Assembly: GCA_012295275.1 (NCBI GenBank)
Contig: CM022674.1
Coordinates: 3,348,001-3,412,000 of the forward strand
Direction: 5' to 3'
DNA: 64,000 nt
DNA from: Chrysomallon squamiferum
Taxonomy: Eukaryota > Animalia > Mollusca
The notes below the pieces were generated by a model. It did not search any database. It was not told where the DNA came from and worked only from the letters and a program-made list of their open reading frames with translations. Position 1 is the stretch's first letter. The number at the start of each line of letters is the position of its first letter. This document shows, piece after piece, positions 1 through 15,364 of this stretch. Made by a program: the position numbers and the translations under genes.

Positions 1-641
1 ATAATATAATGATTAATAATATAATGATTAATAACAGAAACATATATGAAAGAAACTAATAGACCCAAACTCGCACAAAGAGAAAACGAAATCAAGCAGT
101 AACTTCATTTACTTTTAAAACAAAGACGTATAATTTTGCCCCTCTGAAATCCCTATTACTGCTACAACGCTACTGTATTAGTGCGCACAACCTTTACAAG
201 ATATTATGCCGCTGATTTTAACTCGAAAGTGAAATATAGTCCTTAAAGTGCATCCATCAAAAAACGTTTCAACAGATTCTGCGTGCATTTGTCTTCATAT
301 TTATATACCTATTTTATTTACGTTTTCGATCGATACCCTTTTTCATTCGGAGCAGGACATTTCATCAGATATCAACTGGACTATATTTCCGGACACGAGG
401 ACAGCGGAGAACGGATGCGCATGTCATGCGATGCACCGGAAATGAAGTCGATATCGTTAATTCGCTTGGTTTTATACACACATTTATACATCGACGATTT
501 GGCGATACTGAGTGGAAGTGCTTTGTGTCCTTTTCTTGTTTTTCCGATCAGAAATGTAGAACGTAGGTGTAAAAGCGCTGTTCAGAAACGGGAAAGGGCA
601 ACAAAGAGGGGGAAATAGAGTTTGTTTGTTTAACGCATAAA

Positions 642-699
<58 letters not shown>

Positions 700-1074
700 A
701 TGTATGTATGTATGTACATAGATATAAATCCAATTCCTCTGAGTATGATTTTTTTTTCCCTTTCGGTTTAAATTTAGAACGCTTTGTATGTGTTTGTGTA
801 TGTGTGTGTTTGTGTGTCTGTGTTTGTGTATGGGTGTGTAGGGTCAATGGGTACAAAGCTGGTGGGTGGAGGGGCAGTCCCCACCCCCAAGGCTGGTGCA
901 AGAGAATCATATTCGGTCAGTTAAAGTTAGGTAGCGTTGGATCAAACCGAGCTGTCTAAATCTAACGTTCCAACAAAGTATTCGCAACTAATAATCAATG
1001 TAATAAGTACGGGCATTCCTGTTCGGGTTATTAACGTGTTCCACCTTCATACAGCATGACTGGAATCGTCCAAC

Positions 1075-1195
1075 ATTACGTCACAAAGTGGATGAAATTA
1101 TCCCTTCCTTCTACATACGTCATATAGATATATATATATATATGGAACACACTCTATAAAAATAGTGCAACAGCTTTATACCCAACCGCAAGTGC
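1075..1195 (+). promoter_or_regulatory. Candidate promoter, possibly of gene A
   Basis: TTACGTCA near 1076, TACGTCA near 1116, CTATAAAA at 1153. Confidence 0.2.
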
Positions 1196-2517
1196 CCCTC
1201 AACCATATAATAGTAATAGTTATTGCGTGCGTATAGCACTAACGACAATTAATTAAGAAAAACGTGGAAATAAGAATGATATAACAACTTCAGATCAAGC
1301 CATGTAGGTGGTAATACATCACAAACAAACCAGATGCACTTACTGACCTCGGCAAAAGCGTAGTAAATCCTCAGCGTGCATATATATTTTTACGTTTTAT
1401 CAATGCTTTGTGCTCTTAGTTCAAGACAGTTTGTGAAATATATTAAGCGAAAGTGGAAACAGAAAAAAAAAGATACAAGATATAAGATGGAAAAAATACA
1501 AAATACGTATTCATTTGAATATACTTCCTTTAGGTTCTGCCCATCTTGACTGATGACTTTTTTTTTTTTATAACAGAAGGGTTTTGTCCTAATATATTTG
1601 TCCGTTAACAGGCAGGATATTGTTATGTCCGGTTTTGTCCAGTCGGGGTATGTCTGGTGGGTTTAGTCTATATGTCAGTTTTTTTTTTTCTTGTTGTTGT
1701 TGTTTTTCTTGATTGTTTGTTGTTGTTGTTTTTTTTTTGTTGTGGTTTTTTTTCAGACAAATAACGTGTAAACTGATAACGAATCACGGTTATCCTAAAA
1801 TTGTGTCATTGAAGAAATATATCTGTTTGTGTTTCTGTCATTCAATTTTGCAATTCAGAACTATTTTAACATTAATCTAAAATCCTGAATGACCAGTACG
1901 TGCGGCCAACACCCTCCGGAAGCTGCTGACGTAATCTTTTTGTAATGCGTAATTTATTATGTCTAACGAAAGGTTACGACTTATCGCAAAGTGGGAACAA
2001 ACCTTTATAATCAAACGTTAGGTAAGAATTACGTAACACGAACATATCTCTCTCAGTTTTCCAATTTCACTGAAACAGACAAAGTAAATGAACACAATTT
2101 ATTTCATTTCCAGTCTCTAAAACACGTAAATTTAATTAATGTATTCTCTAGTGATTGCCAAGACAGTGATAGCTCGTAAATCTCACCGAATCCATTAGAG
2201 AAACCCGAAATTTTATTTTCGCTACACATGCTCCGAAATTGTTACGATGGTCAAAGGAGCAAATGAATGGCCAGAGGTGTAAATATGTGTGTGACGTGTT
2301 TGTGTGTGTGCGTGTGTGCGTGTGCGTGTGCGTGTGCGTGTGCGTGCGTGTGTGTATATATATATATGTGTGTCTGTCAGTGTGAGTGAGTTTTGACTGA
2401 ACGCCGTTTTTGTGTTTTTCCGTTCTCAGTTTCATTAGCCGTTTATTATTATTAATACGTTTTTTTTGTGTGTGTATGTTTTTTATTCTCGTAAAGAAAT
2501 TATATTTCTGTTATTAA

Positions 2518-2565
<48 letters not shown>

Positions 2566-3659
2566 GATTATTATTATTTTATCTTATTTATATTCTATAT
2601 TTGTTTCCTGTATCCGGTACTGTTTGTCTTACCACTAGACTAAACAATCCATCGAAATAAATAAAACAAAATAAAGAAAGAAAGAAACAAAGAAACAAAA
2701 GAACTAGAATTACAATTATTCTCAATTCTGTTTACGTAACGTATTTTCGATTATGACGTCATAAACGTATGACGCTAACTGTTATGTAAACAGTGACTGC
2801 ATGAACTGACTGAATTAATGAGAAAAGCAATTCTATTACTATTATTATTATTATTATTATTAGGACTAGTAGCAATTGCAGTGGTAGTAGTAATGCTAGG
2901 AGTAGTAGTAGTAATATAAGTAGTACTAGTATTAGCAATAACAGTATTTATTTACTATTGCTGCTGCTGCTACTACTACTAATGCTTTTACAACTACTAG
3001 TACAAAACTGTCAACATCATCATCGTTATTACTACTACTACTAATGCTGCTATACCGTCATTATCATCATCATTATTATTAATGCTACTTTATTATACTA
3101 TTATTATTATCACCACCATTACTACAACTCCTACTACCACATCACCATTATCATCATTGTCATCTTTATTACTACTATTACTTCTACTACGGCACTATTA
3201 ATTATTACTATCGCTACTGTTACTGTATCATTATCATCGTCATCTTTTACAACTAATACTTCAGCAACAATTATTACACATAATTTCTTTTGCTTAAAAC
3301 TAATTTGTACACAGGTGCCATCTCAATAGCAAGCGATCAATATATTATAATAAAATGACAACGAAGTACGTGTATCATAAATCATGTAAAATACGATGAT
3401 GGCAGGTCGGGTTAAAAAAATACGAAGCTGATGCCGGTGTTTTTAAGTGCGTCTGCTTCGATATATCTTTAATGTGAATTAAAATGGGGAACAGTAGACT
3501 CGTTAGTCATTGTTGTCGTTTAATAAAAGATCAATGCCATTTTTTTTTTGTCATTAATTTTAATATATCATTATTATTAAAGTTAAAAAATTAAAAAAAT
3601 TAAAAAAAAAGAAATTTAAAATTTTAATAAATTGTAAAAAAAGAAATTAAATTAAAATA

Positions 3660-3691
<32 letters not shown>

Positions 3692-3701
3692 TATAATAAT
3701 A

Positions 3702-3757
<56 letters not shown>

Positions 3758-4635
3758 CTAAATAAAATATCGAATGACAACTGATAAAAAAAACAAAAGA
3801 AAAAATAAACAACACACACACCGAAAAGAAAGAGAAAAAAAAAGAAGCTAAATAATAAATAATGAAAAACAATAACAATAATAATAATAATAACATAAAA
3901 TATAAATAAAATAAAATAAATTAAAATAAAATAAAATAAAAAATATAATATAAAATAAAATAAATCTCTTCCCATTTTCAAATAACTATCTACATTTAAT
4001 ACATTTCCTCCTATGAAAAAAAAAAAAAAAAAAAAACGAGCATCGCCGCGACTAAGAAAAAGAACTGTAAGATATTTCCTCCAAAAACATCGGCAGCACC
4101 AGCCTGGTTAATGGAAGCTTTGAAACAAAACTGGTAATTATTTGGCAAAACGCGTGTCACGGTGGCTCCGAATTAAAAAAAACAGGGCAGGCAAATAAAT
4201 GCCAGTGGTATTTTAATAACGAGTGTTTAACCCTAACGGCAAAGATATTTGGCTAAAATAACTTCTGTCGGAAACTGTGTTGAAACATTCTTATGTCTTC
4301 GTCCTGTGCCCTCTAATTAGCAGCGGAAGCTGACGTCACGAGCCTAGACTTTCCTCCGTCATTTTCAGCCAGCGTGATTGACAAGATAGAAAAATATTCT
4401 GGACGTGTGTCGATTGCCGAGGATGGCGTATGCGTGTGTATGAAAGCTGAGCGTTTATCGATGATGTTGAGGCCGTCGACGTTTTGGAAGTAATTTGACA
4501 GCAAGATTTGTGTCTTATATTACCATTGTCCTAAGTGACTTGTCGTGGAAAAAAAAAAATAAAAAAAAATAAAAATAAAAAAATAAGTTGTAGATCATGG
4601 TTATCCAGAGTTACAAATGATACTAAAATTAAGAC

Positions 4636-4679
<44 letters not shown>

Positions 4680-6029
4680 AATTTTCATTTAGAGATGTTA
4701 AATAAAAACTGAACATATTTATAAACGTGTATTTGAATGCATAAACAGATAAATGAAAAGACATAAGGACGGACTAACAGAAAAAAAAAATTTCTCGACA
4801 ACTAATATATATGTAATACATATGTATATATATATATAGATATATATATAAATATGCGTATGTAAATTATAGATGTATGTGTAAATCTACACACACACTT
4901 AAGTGTGTCTTTCTATGTGTTTCTGTACGTGCGTCTGTGCCTTGACGCAGTTCATCGCAAAGATATTACTAAGGTTTTTATCTCAATATTTTATTTCCTA
5001 GTTCTTTTAACCGAAAACGATAATTTCAGGAAAAGTAAGAGATTCTCGCTACATTTGATACGTGACATCATATCTCAAGTGACATTTCAGGAAAATCAGA
5101 TCCTGAACAAAGTATCCCATGCTGGGAAACAAAACTTTTATGAAATAATTATCATAAAAAGAAAAAAAGATTAAAAGAAAAGAAATGAAAAAAAAAATAT
5201 ATATAGCAAAACTGAATTAAAAGGTTTCTAATACTACAGGAACAAAGAAAAAGAGAAAATAACAAAGGTTTGCAACAAACATCCGTTTTTATTGAAAGCT
5301 TAATATTTTTAAAAAGTACCCATATCATTAAAGTCTTGTTCACATTCCAGGGAGTCGTCAAAGTTTGTTAAATGCTGGAGATCTGCAAACTTGAAATAAC
5401 TTTTAAAATATCAATTCTGATAGTTGGAAATATGACTTTAGCGGAGAAATAATAAAAAAAAAAAACAAGAAGAAAACAGATAGAATTATGTCAGTCTTTT
5501 TCTTATTTTTATTAATTCATTTTTTTTTCATTTCCTTTTTAAATGCCATTTGAAAGGTTATTTGGTTATATTTCAAAATTCTCTTCAAGCGATCTTTTTA
5601 ATCAGAACGGAAACTTTCTTTTCTTTTAAAATATTTCACTTGTTCTCTTCTATTTTTTTTTTTTTTTTTGTTTGTGTGTGTGTGTGTGTGTGTGTGATTT
5701 ATCTTGTTTTATTCATTAAGTACACTTATAACAGTTATACTATAAAGAAAAAAACCATAAATGTTTAGATCTTTTTTTTTTAACTCAACATGCAATTTTA
5801 ATTAATTTATTCATTTGTTTATTTACTTTAAAAAAAAACAAAAGAGTGCATATTATTTATTTGTTCATATCTTTATTTAATTATTTATTTATCTCTCTAT
5901 CTGTATGTCTGTCAGTGTATCTCTATTTATCTTTACATATGCCTGTCTGTATATATATCTGTCTTTGTGTACATCGAATTGTCTATCTGGATTAGTGCCA
6001 TCCGTATGTTTGTCCGTTCTCTGGCTAGC

Positions 6030-6126
<97 letters not shown>

Positions 6127-6948
6127 TTCTCTCTCTCTCCCCCCTCTCTCTCTCTGCCCCCCCTCTGTCACCGTATTTTAATTCATTAGAAAGACAACTC
6201 ATTGTACTGTTCAGATGATATATCAGCTACCTAAAGCAACACCGGCTTACATTTGTGTACGTTTCTAATTAACGTGGTACGAAAGAAACGAATAGATTAG
6301 ATATTGTTGTCCGTGTATGGACAAGTATTAAATGGAAATTAATTAGATATCGTTCAGACAAGGAAATATACAGAGAAAACCACGCAGGTGATCAAGTGTA
6401 TGAATACACAACCGCAGTCACAAAGAAATACGCAAACACATATATACATATACTAATATGGTAAATAAACGCACAGAAAACGAAAAATACACAAAGATAT
6501 ACTCAAACAAAAACATATACCTACACAAATACAAAAAAATATACACATACACATACAAAATACACACCCGTACAAACACACGTGGGTTAAAAGTTTAAAC
6601 CAAAAGAAAACAAAAATCATGCTCATACAAAGTGGATTAATATCAATACACGTAAACATACTTTATGCGTTAAACAAACGCACTCTGTTTCTCGCTCTTT
6701 GTTACATTTTCCCATTCTGAACAATGTTTTTACATCAACGTTCTACTCCGCACGAGGTTAAATATCTCTCTTTATCGCCGTTTTAGCTCTGTCGAAAGTC
6801 ACTCTGGAAAATAAACGCTGGTTAAATAAAAAAATTAAAAAAATAATAAAATAAAATAAAATAACAACTTCAAATTTTGGCGTGATTAATCCAACCTTGA
6901 AAATATAATCGGCAGATAAGTGAATTGTGCTTGGCATAATTATATGAA

Positions 6949-7004
6949 AATATCACTGAGTAAGGTCTGAACAATATCACTGAGTAATGTCTGAACAATA
7001 TCAC
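6949..7004. repeat. 24-bp tandem repeat, about 2.3 copies
   Basis: (aatatcactgagtaakgtctgaac)n. Confidence 0.8.
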
Positions 7005-7131
7005 AATAAAGTTCATGAAAAAGTCCTGTCTTCCTATCTCTTTGATGTCACAAAAAAAACGACCCGTAAAAACCAACGTATTTTCTTATCTGTTTGGTAT
7101 CATAGCAAACTCCGCAAAAAATGGCAATATT

Positions 7132-7256
<125 letters not shown>

Positions 7257-7292
7257 TTCTCTCTCTCCCTCATTATCTCTCTCTCTCTCTCA

Positions 7293-7388
<96 letters not shown>

Positions 7389-7878
7389 TTTACATCCTAT
7401 CAGTTTACTTCGTATGTCAATAACAATCACATTATGCGAATATTAAAACAAACTCCATAAAACAAAAAAGACTCAACTCGTTAACTGTTTGCTATAAACT
7501 GTAACATTTATTAACATGAACTGCCTGTAATAAACACCACGTTCGTGTGACTTGTCAGCATTAAAAAAATATAAACATTTTTTTTTCTTTCAAATTTAGT
7601 TTTTACCTTGATGTATTTTAAATTAATACATTAATGAATAAGCCTTAATAAGCATCGAAAGCATTACTAACAAAGAATGGTAACTATCTACTCAAGACTG
7701 AAAGAAGCAGGGTTTAATAGCTTAATTAATTTCTTAATACAAATTCGTTTTAAAACTTCTTTTTTCTTCTGTTCGTTTCTTTTCTTTATTGTCATCATCA
7801 TCATCATCATCATTATCGTCATGGTCATCATCATCGTCGTCGTCGTCATCATTATTGCCATCGTTATCGTCATTATCA

Positions 7879-7920
<42 letters not shown>

Positions 7921-8228
7921 TTTTTTTTTTTTTTTGATGTATGTGGGCGTGTTTAAAGGGACAATCCACCGACTTGTTCCATTCTTGAAAGAAAAGACGC
8001 AGACATCGTAAATTAAATAAGGTTTTGTTTTTTAATTATCAGCTTGTCATTTAATAATAGAGGTTTTATTAACGACGTCAGCCACTTACATGTAAGGGAA
8101 TCTCTTTTAAGTCCGTTGTGGTTATTTTACCCGTTAATATAACCGTCAATCTGCCTTCTCAACGTGATTAGCATCAACGACTTTTGAACACGCACTTGAA
8201 TAAGTCTTTTGCGCGCTCTCTCTCCCTC

Positions 8229-8304
<76 letters not shown>

Positions 8305-8437
8305 TCTCTCTCTTCTCTCTCTCTTTCACACTTTCTCTCTCTCACTCTTTCTCTCTCTCTCTGTGTCTCTCTCTGTCTGTCGCTCTGTCTTTCTCGCTCC
8401 GTATATCTATCTTTATCATTGCATCTATCTATCTATC

Positions 8438-8556
<119 letters not shown>

Positions 8557-9515
8557 TTATCTATCTATCTAACTAACTATCTGTCTCTCTGTCTCTCTGT
8601 CTATCTGTCGTTTTCTGTGTATGTGTCTCTCTCTCTGACTTATTTTATATCTCACCGAAGTTTTTGTGTTTTTGTGCATTCTCTTTCACAGGTGGACGCA
8701 CGCACGCACACGCAAATATTTTAAATTGCCAAATACTCAAAGAATGGTATTGGCTTTACAGTTTATTACGTTCCATCATTTTCTTTGCCATTTTCCCATT
8801 CTGCAGCTTTCAGAGACTGAAAAAAAATAAAATTAAAAACAAACAACAACGGAAAAACGGTTGTTTATGTGGAAGAAAATAACGTATTTACTGAAACACT
8901 AGAGAAACATTTATCATTAAACTACATGGAAAAACGAAAAAAAATGTTTTGTATGCGACACTAAAACAAATAGAAGAATAAATCTCATGTTTGTTTGTTT
9001 GTATTCAAAACAAAACCCCAAACAGAAACATTAATACGCGATAACAAAACCAAACAGAACTGTTGAAACGCTAAACGAAAGGAAGCACAGGAATTAATCG
9101 TATGTTTATACGTGAAACGAAATCAAGCAGTGTAATTCCCCTTTTCTCCTGTTTATCCGATGTTCACTTCACTGTCGTCAAATTTGCCTGCGAACCAAAT
9201 CAATACAACAAACTAACAGTCGCTAATGATTTCAAAACGAGTACCGAGGCTCCTATCGAAATACCACGGTACCTTCGGCTAGCAAAGGAAACCTCAAAAA
9301 TTCCTGGTATGATTAGCTGCCGTGCTTTCCAGTGCGGTGCATTCGTTGACACATCAGAAGAAAACCTTACAGGTGCACCGAACATAAGGCCACGAAGTTA
9401 CCGGTGCCAAATACCCAAGGCGAGACGAAATCGGCTTTTTTTTTTTTTTTTTTTTTCGTGGGCTTGTGTCGCTTTTTCGTCTTTGATCAATTTTATTTTT
9501 TTTTTTTTTTTTTTT

Positions 9516-9557
<42 letters not shown>

Positions 9558-10260
9558 GTTCTATTTCTTTTTACTTTCTTTTATTTATTTCTTTTTACTT
9601 TCTTTTATTTTCTTTATTTTTTTTTCTTCTATTAGTCTTTCTTATAAGATTACTATTTCTTTTTTTCTCAAATTTTCTCCTATCGTTTTCCTTGATATTA
9701 TTTTATCTCATTTTTTTTTTTTTTTTATATAAAATTAGTTTATTATCGTTTGTTTTCTTTTGATTATGTTGTCTTCTTTTTTATTATGATTTTTTTTTTG
9801 TTTCTTGCTCTGTTTTTCTTCGTTTTCTCCTTTCTTCGTTCTTTTTTCTTGATGTTATTTCTTCTCCATATCATTTATTTATTTATTCATACATTCATTT
9901 ATTTTATAAAATATTTCAACAATGCCTCTAAATATCGATGATTTCTATGGCTTCAAACGTCATGTTGTTGTTCACTTGTAAGTAATTGAGCCCCGGGTAT
10001 GAAGGATTGCGAGTTCGTTACTCTGTGCTGTATTTGAATTTAATGGTGTGGTTTTTTTTTTTTTTTTTTTTTCATGTAATCTTCTGTTTTAAAACGATCA
10101 CGCTGACATATGTACATACACACATACACACGTACAATCACATACATACATACATACATACATACATAGATACATACATACACACATACACACACACACG
10201 TACGTACATACAAAAATACATATGTATATATTGGGAAACACCTATCCAAAATCAACATAA

Positions 10261-10441
<181 letters not shown>

Positions 10442-10927
10442 TTCTCTCTCACACGAACACACACAGAAAGTTATACTTCATATAGAAATCATACATTTCA
10501 CTTCGTCTTCATTCATTTGTAACCAAAATCAGTGTTTTTTAATAATATCAGCAGATTAATGTTTCCTAGTGTTGACTGAAACTGTTATCAACCAGTGAGA
10601 TACTGCATTTGTTCAACTTTGTGTAATTCTGTAACGCAAACATAGAGAGACAGACCAAAATGGATAGACAGACACTCAGACAGATAGACAGAGTGACAGT
10701 CAGACACACACACACACACACACAGAGGCAGACAGACATTGAAAAGGGGTTGTTGCTGATTTATCCTGTATCGGATACAATCATTGCCCTTTTCAAAATT
10801 TTATTTCCTAAGACAACCCGATCTTCAATATAAAGACTTTTCTTTTTATTATTATTCGTTTTTTTTGTTGTTTTTTTTCATGTGGAAGGAAGAAATTTAG
10901 TGTCAATTTTCTTCACTTCAAGTCGTA

Positions 10928-11017
10928 ATGGAAGACTCTTGTATTTCTGCTTTTCAAATTTTGCTGCTGTTGTTCGTATACGGGCAATTAAAGGCACAGA
11001 CGCGACTCAATAAAAGC
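10928..11017 (+). CDS. AstC: Probable first coding exon of allatostatin-C precursor gene A (signal peptide MEDSCISAFQILLLLFVYGQLKA + QTRLNKS)
   Basis: Acceptor ttttcttcacttcaag ends at 10922, ATG at 10928, hydrophobic core ILLLLFVY, Ala at -1, phase-0 donor AGC|gtgagc at 11018. Phase matches the exon at 14686, giving a 93-aa precursor. The join is inferred, and the exon could end at a later donor. Confidence 0.6.
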
Positions 11018-11279
11018 GTGAGCAAACAAAATATTTGCCGTCGACTGGTGAACAGTCTCTTGACAGTTGTTGCGGTGAATCGCTAAGTGATCGGTGCATT
11101 GAGAGGACTTGTAAACACCGTGAAGAGCGCTAAATTTAGAACCCGACGAATTTTGCTTCTGCATTCACGTTTGGCGGTTTGTGATTGCCGTCGGTTAAAT
11201 GAATAATAAAATACGAATTAAGAGAAATTGACTGAAAAAAAAAGAAGAAGAAGAAGAAGATAATTAATGTTGGAGAAAC

Positions 11280-11382
<103 letters not shown>

Positions 11383-12099
11383 CTAGTTTGATTAAAATTA
11401 AAAATAGAAATAATATATTAACTGCTATATATATCGAACAAAAAAAAACAGGATATTATGAGTGATTTAAAGGAAAAGTAACAAATTAAAGAATGCTCTT
11501 TGTTTCATTTCCTTTTCGTTTTGCTATGATGATAAGAATATACACACGTTGTAAAACACACACACACGCACGCACGCACACATACATATACACATGTATA
11601 CAGTGTATCACATTACGATACAATCAATAGGGTCCGCAAAAAGAAAAAGAAGAAAATCTCAACTACAACAGTTAAGATTTCGGAGCGAATTTGTGTAAAT
11701 GCAATGTCAGTATACTTGATGGCCTTTCAGTACTATCCACTATGAAAGTACTAATGGAGGTAAAGTCCAGATAAACCTTCACGTTGCGATTGATATTAGA
11801 TATTTGTTGACAGAACCATGCGACGGTTTAAAGAGATGTTTCGACCACAAAAGAAGTATCGTGAGAGAGAAAATAGGAACGAAAAAGAAAGAAAGAAGTA
11901 AGAGAAAGAGAGAGAGGAAGAGAAAGCGAGAAAGAAAGAGAGAGAAAAAGAGAAAGATCGAGAGAGACACAGAGAGAGAGGAGGGAGAGAGAGAGAGAGA
12001 GAGAGACAGAGACAGAGAGAGAGACAGACAGAGAAACAGAGACAGACAGATAGACAGAGAAACAGAGAGAGATATATATATATATATATATATATAGAC

Positions 12100-12160
<61 letters not shown>

Positions 12161-12274
12161 GACAGACAGAGAGACAGAGACAGAGACAGACAGAGAGACA
12201 GAGAGAGACAGACAGAGAGAGACAGACAGAGAGACAGAGAGAGAGAGAGAGAGTGTGTGTGACACAGAGAGAGA

Positions 12275-12436
<162 letters not shown>

Positions 12437-12641
12437 AAATGAAATACTTTGGAAGTAGAGAACGTATATTTTACCTTCACCTTTTGAGACAAAATATCAG
12501 GCAAAGTCAGAACTGAAACAGACTGTAGAAACGTAGTAAAACCAATCCCTTGATACAAATACAACAGAAACCTGATAAATAAGTTACACACATACATACG
12601 TACACATACGTACATAGATACATACATACATAAAGTTATCT

Positions 12642-12845
12642 TGTCGCCTTCGGAGTGCGGGCAAACGGGTACCATACATTTGATTTTCATCTGCGGCGTC
12701 TTTGAGTATTTGTGAGGTCGTGATTGGACTTTGTCCTCCTGTCGCCAGTGCGTTTCTGAATATTGTCTGTGTGCAGAGTCTAATCAGACGTACACATAAG
12801 ACAGAGAATATTCAAATCCTAAAATTCATATATACATACCTACAA
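12642..12845 (+). mobile_element. tRNA-derived SINE copy, 5' truncated, in the gene A intron
   Basis: Shares gtgaggtcgtgattg..ctttgtcctcct..gaatattgtctgtgtgcagagtctaatcagacgtac with the other copies; (acat)n-like tail. Confidence 0.7.
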
Positions 12846-13408
12846 TAAAACAAATAAAGAAAAGAAAATTTAGACACAAAAACACACGCTGACTGATTTT
12901 CACCCTCACACACATACACGCACGTACACACACACACACGCACGTACGTACACATGCTCACACACAAGTACACACACACGCACACACACAAATAAAACAC
13001 AGAATCAGTCGGCTAGTTACTCACACTGTACAATATCTCATTAGTTTTATTTATACATAATCGTAAATAACCAAACCTATCAATGCGTCAGTCTAATAGA
13101 TTTTTATTCCTCAAACATCTGCGTCGACGAAATGGACATTGCAGACATAAACAATTTAGCATTCATTTAAATCTGAAATGTCGCTGCAGTAAAGCGAAAC
13201 AGTGGTAACAGCCAAATCGTTTGTTAATGTCAAAAAAACGGTATCGGTAACATCGGCGCGTTTTTGTAAAATACCTGATACAAAATGCCGTTGTTCAATG
13301 TACCTAGAGGATAAACCAGGATAGGGCGTTTATGAAATATTTGGTAGGCAAGAGAGTATGTCTCCGTATGTCAGTCTATCTGTCTGTCTGTCTCTCTCTG
13401 TCTCTCTG

Positions 13409-13449
<41 letters not shown>

Positions 13450-14251
13450 CTCTGTCTCTGATTCTCTGTGTTTTTCTCTCTCTGCATCTCTTCGTCTGTC
13501 TTTCCCCCTCTCTGATTTTTCTTCTGTTTTTCTCTATCTGCCTGTCTAGCTCTCTCTGATTCTGTCTCTATATATCTATGAGTATATATACGATCTCTAT
13601 AACATCATAGACAAAATTATTAAATTAACAGTTTTAAATTGATTAGAAACACAAGAAAAGCATTACATTTCTGAAATTTTATTAACGCTCGAGCTGAAAA
13701 AAATTATATAACAAAATTTATTTCTGTTAATATTAAATTCGCATAAGACACACACATACACATATAAGTACTGTTTGTAATGTATTAGAACAGGAACAAT
13801 TACCAAAAAACTGTTCATAGAGCATTAAAAATAAGATATTTGGTCACAACAATCACATCAACATCAAACAAACTGACCAGTACAAATGCAGTTATCTTTG
13901 TCCATCTGAAACTTACGGATGTTCAGTGGACAAACGCTCTCTCCCTATGATTCGAACAGTTTTCATCTTTTGGGCTATTTACGTCCATATGATAATCTGA
14001 CCAGGATAACGTACAATCAACAAGTAGATGTGGTGGCTACCATTTCAATAAAACACACATACACACACACACACGCGCGCACATAACAAAGGCTGTTTAA
14101 TAAACAAGCTTTTAGCAAGAGTGATAAATAATTAACCGTGGAAACATGAACGCATGCTGTTTCAGGCGAATCACATTATTTCCAGGTGGCAAATCATTTA
14201 TCTGATTTCAGCTATCGTCACATTTCTCTCTTTCTCTTTCTCTGCGTGCAT

Positions 14252-14285
<34 letters not shown>

Positions 14286-14433
14286 TCTCAATCTTTCTCT
14301 ATCGTTCTTTCGCGGTTGTCACTGCTGGTTTTATTTTTTCTTTCTTTCTTTCTTTCATTCTTTCTTTCTTTCTTTCCATATCTATCTCTTTCTCTTTCTG
14401 TATCTTAACAGCACTACCCTTCTCTATGTACTT

Positions 14434-14471
<38 letters not shown>

Positions 14472-14500
14472 TATTAATTTTTTAAGTTAATTTTTTTCTT

Positions 14501-14594
<94 letters not shown>

Positions 14595-14685
14595 CCCTCT
14601 CTCTCTCTCTCTATTTTAATGGCCCTATACTTTACTAAACATTTTAATATATTTTATTTCTTCTTCTTTTTCTTTTTTCTTAAAG

Positions 14686-14877
14686 ACACCTCAACCAGGC
14701 AGGCAGACGATAGAAGAAGTATTTCGGCAGCAATTAGCTCTGATGGATCGAGCAGACAAGCTGCTGTCTGAACGGATAGCCGCCCTTCAAGCACGAAGGA
14801 ACAAGATTTCCGAGAAGAAGCGCAACCATTACATGTGTCTCGTCAATCTGGTCACGTGCTACCGGAAGCGGAAGTGA
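14686..14877 (+). CDS. AstC: Terminal exon of allatostatin-C precursor gene A; mature peptide NHYMCLVNLVTCY (14824-14862)
   Basis: Long polypyrimidine tract and taaag acceptor. Translates TPQPGRQTIEEVFRQQLALMDRADKLLSERIAALQARRNKISEKKR-NHYMCLVNLVTCY-RKRK*: helical pro-region, KKR convertase site, C-x6-C-aromatic ring and basic tail, as in molluscan AstC precursors (CLVNxxxCY type). Confidence 0.92.
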   Translation, partial: TPQPGRQTIEEVFRQQLALMDRADKLLSERIAALQARRNKISEKKRNHYMCLVNLVTCYRKRK

Positions 14878-14946
14878 GCTGAAGAGTGCACGGATGTGGG
14901 CAGATAATTCTTGTTTTTGTCCAATTCTGATTTGATGTGTTGAGGA

Positions 14947-14952
14947 AATAAA
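14947..14952 (+). terminator. Candidate polyadenylation signal of gene A
   Basis: AATAAA 70 bp after the stop; common by chance in AT-rich DNA. Confidence 0.35.
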
Positions 14953-15005
14953 AATTCAACAAATACATTCCGATCTCGTTTCTTTTATTACTATTGTTAT
15001 TATTA

Positions 15006-15036
<31 letters not shown>

Positions 15037-15233
15037 TTCTGTGTATCTGCTTGCGTAATGTATAAAGAAAAGCAACAAATGTTCAGTGAAATTTATAGAT
15101 GAAAACTGTGGCTAAATAAAGTTCTTTTTTCCCAGAAGATTATTGCTGGTTATTTTATTTATCTGTTTTAAAACCTGATATAATATAGATACGTTAAATT
15201 TATTTATTTATTTATTTGTGTATTTTTGTTTGT

Positions 15234-15288
<55 letters not shown>

Positions 15289-15364
15289 TTTGATTATTTA
15301 CTTGTTTTTATTTATTTTATTTTATTTTATTTTTTTTTTTTTTTATTATTTTTTTATGTTTTCG

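Noticed and set aside
4055-4137. KKKNCKIFPPKTSAAPAWL, reminiscent of somatostatin/urotensin-related peptides
   Set aside because: One Cys only, no WK, no acceptor or in-frame start. A manual scan found no C-x-W-K-x-C in the window.
7953-8110. TTAA-flanked segment starting aagggaca (Kolobok-like)
   Set aside because: Terminal inverted repeats are too weak and there is only one copy.
12630-12780. Exon-like minus-strand frame DSAHRQYSETHWRQEDK..
   Set aside because: It is the antisense of the SINE, and the frame is not conserved between copies.
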